A DNA stretch of 64,000 nucleotides from Lachnospiraceae bacterium (lineage in GTDB: Bacteria; Bacillota; Clostridia; Lachnospirales; Lachnospiraceae): contig SVFG01000002.1 in assembly GCA_015056975.1 (NCBI GenBank), positions 5,553-69,552 of the forward strand, read 5' to 3'. Both the position numbers and the translations under genes were made by a program. Position 1 is the stretch's first letter. Every line of letters begins with the position of its first letter. The notes beneath the pieces are model-generated. The model had not been told where the DNA came from. It made no database searches and worked only from the letters and a program-made list of their open reading frames with translations. Positions 1 through 7,262 of this stretch are shown one piece after another.

Positions 1-1
1 T

Positions 2-454
2 GGTCTCTACCTTATCCTCCACCACATTGTCACCGGTACCTTTTCCCACTACAATTACCATCTCGTTTAATAATCCCGTAGGGTTGGCTGTAAAACACAC
101 ACCGGAATACTCAGAGAGAACCATCTCCTGCACAATCACTGCAAAATCATGGTCAGATAAAGAAATGCCCCTTGCCCTTGCATATTCCTTTACATTGTCC
201 TTTTCCATGGAGGCAAAGCACTTGTCTATCATGGCAGGCACATCCGCTCTTTTTACATGCAGATACGTATCAAACTGTCCTGCAAAGCTTTTGTCCGCTC
301 CATCCTCCACCGCCGCACAGGAACGCACGGCACATGTTTCCCACGGAATAATAAGCTTCTTGCTGTCCATATCTTTAGAAACAGTGATAAACTCCGGCAC
401 CGGAAATCCATGTTCTCTTAAAATTCTAAGATTTTCTGCCTTCTTTCCAAGCAT
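2..454 (-). CDS. PEP/pyruvate-binding (PPDK_N, ATP-grasp) domain phosphotransferase, N-terminal part; runs off the window start
   Basis: Not in the ORF track. Manual translation from ATG at 454 gives MLGKKAENLRILREHGFPVP...AVRSCAAVEDGADKSFAGQFDTYL...VIVQEMV...SGVCFTANP, the dikinase nucleotide-binding motifs. It starts 4 nt after the UbiA-like stop codon. Confidence 0.88.
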   Translation of the reverse strand, partial: MLGKKAENLRILREHGFPVPEFITVSKDMDSKKLIIPWETCAVRSCAAVEDGADKSFAGQFDTYLHVKRADVPAMIDKCFASMEKDNVKEYARARGISLSDHDFAVIVQEMVLSEYSGVCFTANPTGLLNEMVIVVGKGTGDNVVEDKVET

Positions 455-458
455 GCAC

Positions 459-1361
459 TTATCCTATCCTTCCCACCAACAAAAATACCACAATGGTCAG
501 CAGCATCAGGCTCTCCTGTATATAGGTATAAATCTCCACCTTTTGCACAATGGCAAACTGGTCCGGATTCTTTATAAAGCTTACAAACTTCCAAACCATC
601 CAGGATACCAAAAGCGCAAACAGCACAATAGTAATCTTATTTAAGTTAAACACCAAAATCATATTGGTTACAATATCCACAAGTGTCAGTATCATTACAA
701 ACTTGGTACTCTTTTTGTAGCCAAAAAGCTTAGAGTAGGTAGTATAATCATTTTCATCCTTGGGCGCCTTGATTTTTCTTGATACCTCCCAGATAAGTGC
801 AGGAAAATACAAGGTCCAGAGCGTCATAATCGTTATCAGGGAAACAGGCTCCAAATCATACTTAATCACCGTAAAGGATATGATATACACATTTACAAAC
901 ATCTGCACCGGATTATGGGTAACAAGTGCCAACGGAAGGCTGGGCTGAATCACTTTCTTTTTGAAGAACCACTTGCTCATCAGATACCCGTATGCGTAGA
1001 GAATGCAGAAGAACAAAATATTGTTCATGAATATCAGATTCAATACTACCGCTATCAGCTCCAGAATGATGCAGATAATCACAATATCCTTCTTATATAC
1101 CCTGCCGCTTGGCAGTGGTCTGTCCGGAAACAGGCGCATATCCGTTTCATAATCCTTTAAGTCATCTGCCACTCTCAACCAGAATAAAAAGGCAAACACC
1201 GTATAAGCACCAACCGCCTCCTGGATTCCAATGTGAAAGCTTGTCACACCATAATTTAAAAGAATAATAAAGTGAATCTCCAAAAACACAATACAGCCAA
1301 GTATCAGGCGTGCTACTATCGGATATCTTTCTTTAAAATAAATATGTAATCTCTTTAACAT
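459..1361 (-). CDS. UbiA-superfamily intramembrane prenyltransferase
   Basis: Multiple TM segments. First Asp-rich motif RVADDLKDYETD...DRPLPSGRV matches the UbiA (N/D)DxxDxxxD...RPxxxG pattern. Confidence 0.8.
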   Translation of the reverse strand: MLKRLHIYFKERYPIVARLILGCIVFLEIHFIILLNYGVTSFHIGIQEAVGAYTVFAFLFWLRVADDLKDYETDMRLFPDRPLPSGRVYKKDIVIICIILELIAVVLNLIFMNNILFFCILYAYGYLMSKWFFKKKVIQPSLPLALVTHNPVQMFVNVYIISFTVIKYDLEPVSLITIMTLWTLYFPALIWEVSRKIKAPKDENDYTTYSKLFGYKKSTKFVMILTLVDIVTNMILVFNLNKITIVLFALLVSWMVWKFVSFIKNPDQFAIVQKVEIYTYIQESLMLLTIVVFLLVGRIG

Positions 1362-2233
1362 GACTTCTTACTTCCTATCCTTTCTCCCTGTAGTACCTTC
1401 ACTTCCATACCCTCATTGCAATGCTTTACAATGTCCTCGTCTATCACAGCTGCATCTTTTTGTAACAATAGAACTATAGTAGAACCACCCAGCTTAAAGT
1501 ATCCCTTTTCCATCCCCTTTTCAAAAACTTTTATGGGATGATTTACGATTTTTCCCACCAACAGAGCACCTACCTCGATACAGATTACCTCGCCGAAATT
1601 CACAGTCTGCAACACATTGACCACTCTGGAATTCTCCCTGTATATCTTGTGTTCCTTGGAAATGGGACTTACCGTATGAAGTCTGCCCTTTAAGTGATAG
1701 CGTCTTTTCACTCTTCCCTCGTCCACAAAGATATACCTATGATAATCATCCATGGTCAATCGAAATACCAGACAGCTTCCCCCTGCATAATCCTTTAGAC
1801 TAATTCTGTCTCCCACAAGCTCGGAAAGCGTATAGGAAACTCCCTTTATACTTATCCTGTTATCCTTCTCAATAGGATACTGACTAAGCTTACTGTCTGC
1901 CGGGGAAACAAGGACCTCCTCGCACAGTTCAACAGGTCTTCTGCCCGCCTTGATTTTTCGAACAAAAAATTCATTGAAGCTACCGTAATTCTGCGTTTCA
2001 TAATCTGCCAAATTGATACCATATTTCTTTACAAAGGGGGATATTTGCCTTTTACTTAAAGGACTGTTGTTATACCATCCGTAAATCCTTGAAAATACCG
2101 GATGAATCACTGCCTTTAACAACATACGTCCCAACGGATGGTGATACAGAATCTCAAGAAGCCCGCCACCGTATTGGTTTGCAGGCTCGTAAACTTTTTC
2201 TTTGCGATTGTATATACTCTTCCCATCCCTCAT
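1355..2233 (-). CDS. psd: Phosphatidylserine decarboxylase proenzyme
   Basis: Motifs SFNEFFVRK, SPADSK, DYHRY, and the self-cleavage motif LGGST. Confidence 0.92.
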   Translation of the reverse strand: MRDGKSIYNRKEKVYEPANQYGGGLLEILYHHPLGRMLLKAVIHPVFSRIYGWYNNSPLSKRQISPFVKKYGINLADYETQNYGSFNEFFVRKIKAGRRPVELCEEVLVSPADSKLSQYPIEKDNRISIKGVSYTLSELVGDRISLKDYAGGSCLVFRLTMDDYHRYIFVDEGRVKRRYHLKGRLHTVSPISKEHKIYRENSRVVNVLQTVNFGEVICIEVGALLVGKIVNHPIKVFEKGMEKGYFKLGGSTIVLLLQKDAAVIDEDIVKHCNEGMEVKVLQGERIGSKKSC

Positions 2234-2285
2234 CCTTTGTACTCCGTATGATTACCCTATATTCTACTTTATTGCTCACCGACCG

Positions 2286-2894
2286 TCACAGTACCGTCAG
2301 ATACACCACCAGCATTCCTACGGCAAGCAGTGCAAATATCGGATATGCCATGCCCTTAGGCTTCGCAATCTTAATATCCAAGATGTTAAGCAGCGCTATC
2401 AACAACATTGCAATGGTATACACCACCGTAAATACATTCTGCGCCAAACACAAATGTAATAAGTATACCAATGGCAAAATCAGTGCCGTATAGGTCACCG
2501 GAAGCCCTCTGTAATATTTTACCGGTGTATCACCAACCTCACTGCTCACATTGAAAAAAGCAAGTCTGGCAATACCGCAGATACAAAACAAAATAAGCAC
2601 AATCAAATGATACCAGCACTTCATACCGATACTGATACCCAAAACTGCGGGAAGCGCCAAAAAGCTCACCACATCCACCAGCGAATCCAACTGAATACCA
2701 AAAAGCTTCTGTGCTTCATTTCTCTTACATTTTCTTGCAACAGCTCCGTCAAACAAATCGCAGACTCCCGAGACTATCAATGCTGCAAATGCCTCATACA
2801 CCTTCCCCATACAGGCAAAATACATTCCAAGCACTGCACTGCTCATTCCTATGTAAGTCAAAATCACTGATTTATTCCATTCTCCGATAAACAT
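2286..2894 (-). CDS. pssA: CDP-alcohol phosphatidyltransferase (phosphatidylserine synthase-like)
   Basis: CDP-AP signature DLFDGAVAR...GIQLDSLVD, plus RLAFFN and YYRGLP. Adjacent to psd. Start placed at MFIGEW. Confidence 0.85.
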   Translation of the reverse strand: MFIGEWNKSVILTYIGMSSAVLGMYFACMGKVYEAFAALIVSGVCDLFDGAVARKCKRNEAQKLFGIQLDSLVDVVSFLALPAVLGISIGMKCWYHLIVLILFCICGIARLAFFNVSSEVGDTPVKYYRGLPVTYTALILPLVYLLHLCLAQNVFTVVYTIAMLLIALLNILDIKIAKPKGMAYPIFALLAVGMLVVYLTVL

Positions 2895-2899
2895 ATTTT

Positions 2900-5416
2900 T
2901 CACTCTTCCTCTATGGTAATACATCCGGTACCGCCATCTATGGTAATCGTCTGACCGTCCTTTATTTTACTCATGATGTCATGACAGCTTACAATGGCAG
3001 GGATTCCGTACTCTCTCGACACAATTGCCGCATGGCACAAAATGCCACCGTACTCTGTGACAATTCCTGACAATATGGCAAACTTAGGCGTCCAACCGGT
3101 ATCCGTAAAGCGGGTCACCAGAATGTCATTTTCTTTCAGTCTTCCGATTTCGCTAAAATCCTCAATTACTCTGGCTGTACCTGTCACTCTGCCGCTGTTG
3201 GCTCCAAGACCTTTAAGTTGTCCGTCAGAAGCTACACTCCTACTATCCTCAGCATCGCTGAAAACGCCGCCGATTTCATTTTCACTCATATAATTTCTGT
3301 AAGCATGATAGTATTCCTTATTGCTTGTAACCATGCCCTGCAGTTCTTCCTTGGAAAGCTTGCCATCCAGATACTCCCAAACGGCCGCCACCTTTACAAA
3401 CCAGATGTCGGAAGGCTCCTTAAGAACACCCTGCTTCACAAAATGCTTTGCAAGCTCTATGGTATACACACGAATGATGTAATAAAATCTGGTGGAAATA
3501 TCCCGATATTCCTCTCTCCACCAAAGCATCTTGCGCATATTGGTAATCTTTCGCTGAATCTTACGGTACTTTCCGGGACTGACTTTCTTCTCAATGGCTT
3601 CCAGTATTCTCAGATAGCCTGCCTCACCCTTTTCCTTGTCCGCCAGGGGGCTAAACGCATCCCCCAGGGAAACCATATCTTTAATACTGTGAAGCAAGGG
3701 GGCAACATTCTCATAATAACAGGGATAAGTTACATCCAGCTCTTTATCGGAATGATATCCGTAATCTGCAATCAGCTTCCGAACAAGGGGCATTTCAAAA
3801 GCATCTTCTGTCAGACGCTCCTGCAACTGCTCCACACTCTTCTTTTTCCAAAAATCACAGACCTCTTCATCTGCACGTATCTTTCTGGAAATCTCCCACA
3901 TATCATAAAAGGGTAGCATGTGGGAAATATTGTCAATAGCTCCCAATAATGTTAAATACTCACTTTCCGATACACATTTTAACAAACTGTCCTTATACAA
4001 AGACTGATGTATGGTATTGATAAATATCTGCCAAAAATAAGTAGCTTCACTTTGCAGATATGTTCTGTGAGTCAGCTCATACCATTCCTTTTCGATATCC
4101 TGTATCGTATTCTCATCATATCGTCTCTTGTAACCATCGTATTTTTCCAGCAAATCCGCTTTGTATGCCTCACAGTTATGGTTGCGTTCCTTCAAAATTT
4201 TCTTTTGAGCAAAAAACATTCTTGTAATTGCCGCAAGGGACCCGGGCGTAAGCTTCGTGGTATCACCGTCTCCCTCATAGGTGATGCGGATACCATATTC
4301 GCTGTCAAATTCCCGCTCCTTATAGCCGATAACCTTGCTCATGGCAAGCTTTACCACGGACAGATTCCAATAGCATCTGCCATAAAACATCTCTCCTAAC
4401 TTTCTGTCCACTTCTGCTTCCGTCAAAATTTTAGAATCCAATATGAACTTTCTCAAAGTAAATTCCCATATGTACTCATAAAGACTCCACATGTAGGGTG
4501 TACATACACTGGCAGAAACACCGCCATCCTTAAAATCTGCGGTAGACCAAATATCCTTAAGTCCGCCGTAATTTAGCTTGGTAATTCTTCTCGCCTGTAG
4601 CAGATACAGCTTTCCCTCACAGATTGCAAACTCTATATCACAGGGATATCCAAACAACAGCTGTACCTTCAGAAAGCTATCGCCAAAGGCTTTGAGCTGT
4701 TCCTCACTCAAAAAGGAGTTGCCCTCTTCAAAGTGTCCCTTCTTTTCATACCAGTTATAGTAATACTGCTCCGGTGCCACCTTTCCGCTTACCACATTTT
4801 CTCCTAAGCCCTGTGCCACCTCAATAGACATTTCCTTATCGTTACCGGTAATGGGATTTACTGTAAAGCAGATACCGCTAAACTCTGCCTGCACCATCTC
4901 CTGTACCACCACTGACATGGCAAGGTCTTTTAAGTCAATGGCATGATTCGCAAGATACGCTAAACACACCGGAGAAAACATGGATTGATAACAACGAATA
5001 ATGGCAACTTCAATCTCTTCAAGCCCTGTTATATTCAAATAGGTTTGATACTGTCCTGCAAAGGAAAAATCCTGTAAATCCTCCTTGGTTCCACTGCTTC
5101 GTACCGCGTAACAACCGGAGGGTTCAATGGACTCCTTCAGTAGCTTGCGCAATTCCTCACCGAAATGTTTTCCTTCAAACAGGGCGGTAATCTTCTCACT
5201 GATTTCTGCCACATTATCCTTATTCATTTCAGATAACAATTCTTCCACAGCTGCGTTAATTCCATTTTCATTAAGGAAACGAGTATACTCCTCACTGTCA
5301 AGTATCACTCCGTCCGGCACCGAAAATCCGGCTTCGTTCATCATGCACAGAAACTTTCCCTTATTCCCTAAGCTTTCTCCATTGTCCTTTAACGGCTCAC
5401 TGATTCGTTGTATCAT
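2900..5416 (-). CDS. PEP-utilizing-family phosphotransferase with rifampin-phosphotransferase-like architecture (ATP-grasp, central domain, C-terminal phospho-His swivel)
   Basis: N-terminal LGNKG, AVRSSG..ED..FSFAGQY and DIEFAI...LLQARRIT. C-terminal TDTGWTPKF...GGILCHAAIVSREYGIPA. No C-terminal PEP-binding TIM barrel. Confidence 0.88.
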   Translation of the reverse strand: MIQRISEPLKDNGESLGNKGKFLCMMNEAGFSVPDGVILDSEEYTRFLNENGINAAVEELLSEMNKDNVAEISEKITALFEGKHFGEELRKLLKESIEPSGCYAVRSSGTKEDLQDFSFAGQYQTYLNITGLEEIEVAIIRCYQSMFSPVCLAYLANHAIDLKDLAMSVVVQEMVQAEFSGICFTVNPITGNDKEMSIEVAQGLGENVVSGKVAPEQYYYNWYEKKGHFEEGNSFLSEEQLKAFGDSFLKVQLLFGYPCDIEFAICEGKLYLLQARRITKLNYGGLKDIWSTADFKDGGVSASVCTPYMWSLYEYIWEFTLRKFILDSKILTEAEVDRKLGEMFYGRCYWNLSVVKLAMSKVIGYKEREFDSEYGIRITYEGDGDTTKLTPGSLAAITRMFFAQKKILKERNHNCEAYKADLLEKYDGYKRRYDENTIQDIEKEWYELTHRTYLQSEATYFWQIFINTIHQSLYKDSLLKCVSESEYLTLLGAIDNISHMLPFYDMWEISRKIRADEEVCDFWKKKSVEQLQERLTEDAFEMPLVRKLIADYGYHSDKELDVTYPCYYENVAPLLHSIKDMVSLGDAFSPLADKEKGEAGYLRILEAIEKKVSPGKYRKIQRKITNMRKMLWWREEYRDISTRFYYIIRVYTIELAKHFVKQGVLKEPSDIWFVKVAAVWEYLDGKLSKEELQGMVTSNKEYYHAYRNYMSENEIGGVFSDAEDSRSVASDGQLKGLGANSGRVTGTARVIEDFSEIGRLKENDILVTRFTDTGWTPKFAILSGIVTEYGGILCHAAIVSREYGIPAIVSCHDIMSKIKDGQTITIDGGTGCITIEEE

Positions 5417-5427
5417 AAGTACCTCTT

Positions 5428-6030
5428 CTAAAACATATTTTTTCTAAGCTTACAAGCATATAACAGCATATTTATCAAAATATGGGTAACTGCACCCACC
5501 ACCACATAAAGCAGATAAAACCCAATCGACATAGGCGCAAAAAAGCACACCACAAGAACACAGCCAAACACAGAGTCTGCCTGATCAAAAAACACAAAAA
5601 ATGCTTTCCACGCACCACTTACACTCTTACCCGGAACGATACCCAGCCTTCTCTTTAAGAAGCTGTTGGGAAGTTCAAAAACTCCGTATGCAATTCCCAA
5701 CAACAGACCTATCATCAGATTATTCACCGGGGTATTTGCAACCTTTTCGTAAAACATATTGTAGGACTCAAGCTGTGCCACATCACACACAAGTCCCCAC
5801 AGCACCATACAAATTACGTTACAGATAATATAGCCTAAAAAACCCTTCCAGGTCTTGTTATCTCCGAATATTCTCCTGCCGTCCACAAAATTTCTGCCAC
5901 CGTCCATGGGCACCTGTAATCGTTTAAACATACCCGATTTGCACCATATGGAGTTGACAATCCCTGCAATGACCGGGCCTAGCAGGGTTACATACATTTC
6001 TGCCAATATCTTTAGTATCATTTTACTCAC
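5428..6030 (-). CDS. CDP-archaeol synthase (CarS)-like membrane cytidylyltransferase
   Basis: PMDGG..FVDGRRIFGDNKTWKGF and ELPNSFLKRRLGI.PG...DQADS match the conserved CarS-family blocks. Hydrophobic. Start may be GTG 6030 or ATG 6021. Confidence 0.85.
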   Translation of the reverse strand: MSKMILKILAEMYVTLLGPVIAGIVNSIWCKSGMFKRLQVPMDGGRNFVDGRRIFGDNKTWKGFLGYIICNVICMVLWGLVCDVAQLESYNMFYEKVANTPVNNLMIGLLLGIAYGVFELPNSFLKRRLGIVPGKSVSGAWKAFFVFFDQADSVFGCVLVVCFFAPMSIGFYLLYVVVGAVTHILINMLLYACKLRKNMF

Positions 6031-6053
6031 CGTTTAAATTAATATATACATCT

Positions 6054-6082
6054 ATTATACAGTACTAAATAGCCTCGGGCAA
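6054..6082 (-). promoter_or_regulatory. Putative sigma-A promoter of the lipid operon
   Basis: TTGCCC-17 nt-TATAAT on the minus strand, just upstream of the carS-like gene. Confidence 0.6.
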
Positions 6083-6224
6083 GCCTAAAACCATCCCGAT
6101 GTCACTACACATAATTTGAGAGTCTCATCACAAATTAAGACATTGAGCGTCTCGCTTTCATTTGCTATGATGTATTCAGAAGCTTCGAAACAACAAGAAA
6201 TGAACTCAAAGGAGATAAAGATTT

Positions 6225-7151
6225 ATGAACAATACAATTTTTTCAGAAAACCTAAAGAAATTCAGAATTGCCAAAAACTACACCCAAGAGCAGGTTGCAG
6301 ACATTTTGTGTGTCAATACCCAGACCGTATCCAGATGGGAATGCGGAACTACCCTGCCGGATGTGCTGACATTGCCAACACTCGCAAGACTTTACGAAGT
6401 GACAGTGGACGATTTTTACAAGAAAAGCTCCGTCGCCTATGAGAACTATGCAGCACGACTTGCTTCTGTTTATGAAAAGACCAGAGACCCTGAGGATTTC
6501 TTAAGATGTGTTCTCGAGTATAAGAAGCTGATGAAATCCGGAGAGCTTTCTATTGCAGACAAATGGAACTATGCCATTATCCATCAATTCATGCTGTGCT
6601 ACTGTATGGATACTTCCCTGGAATGGTATGACTTGACGTTAGCTGAAAATCCCGAAGAGGACCCTCACTCCTATTACCGCGCATGCTCCTGCCGTGCCAA
6701 GCTGTTTTTTACCCTTGGCAGAGGAGATGAATTCATCAAAAACCAGAAAGAAAAGGTAAACTCCACTCCCGATAATCCTAGGGAATGGACGCTACTGATT
6801 GAGGCATATCAGTTTGCCAAACGTCAAGAAGATGCATATAATTGTTTCCTTCAGGCAAGCACCCGTTTTCCCTCCGATTGGGAATTATACATCTTAGGTG
6901 GTGACATCTGTGCAGATTTACTAAAGTACGATGAAGCATTTTCCTATTGGCAAAAGGCCGGGGAACTTGGCACCTACTTTTATGATGAGCTGTACTGTAT
7001 GGCTGACTGCTACGATACCTTGGGCGAATATGACAAATCCTATCAGTTGTATCTGGAAATTGCTGAGAAACTCCGCAAGGATGGCTATGATGTGGAGGCT
7101 GAAATGGCAGAAAGAGATGCTCTGGAAGTGAAGGCTAAAATGAAGGACTAA
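6225..7151 (+). CDS. XRE-family HTH regulator with C-terminal TPR repeats
   Basis: N-terminal HTH_3 (LKKFR..KNYTQEQVAD...QTVSRWECG..LPD) followed by TPR-like repeats (LGGDICADLLKYDEAFSYWQKA; MADCYDTLGEYDKSYQLY). RBS AAGGAG. Confidence 0.85.
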   Translation: MNNTIFSENLKKFRIAKNYTQEQVADILCVNTQTVSRWECGTTLPDVLTLPTLARLYEVTVDDFYKKSSVAYENYAARLASVYEKTRDPEDFLRCVLEYKKLMKSGELSIADKWNYAIIHQFMLCYCMDTSLEWYDLTLAENPEEDPHSYYRACSCRAKLFFTLGRGDEFIKNQKEKVNSTPDNPREWTLLIEAYQFAKRQEDAYNCFLQASTRFPSDWELYILGGDICADLLKYDEAFSYWQKAGELGTYFYDELYCMADCYDTLGEYDKSYQLYLEIAEKLRKDGYDVEAEMAERDALEVKAKMKD

Positions 7152-7155
7152 CTCA

Positions 7156-7199
7156 AATGAAAGGGCAGAGCCTCTTTACCGGTTCTCTGCCCTTTCATT
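7156..7199. terminator. Hairpin between convergent genes, likely a bidirectional terminator
   Basis: Perfect 15-bp inverted repeat AATGAAAGGGCAGAG / CTCTGCCCTTTCATT. Confidence 0.75.
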
Positions 7200-7262
7200 C
7201 GGTCTATATGAAATTTTTGTACTTGTAGAATCCCTTTTCCACATCGTTTCCTATACTCTATT

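Noticed and set aside
2900-5416. Annotation as PEP synthase (ppsA) or rifampin resistance gene (rph)
   Set aside because: There is no PEP-binding C-terminal barrel. The lipid-operon context argues against assuming rifamycin as the substrate.
7157-7228. 23-codon ORF (MKGQSLFTG...) after the XRE-TPR gene as an RRNPP signalling peptide
   Set aside because: It lies on top of the terminator hairpin and lacks a typical signal-peptide hydrophobic core. Kept only as a remote possibility.
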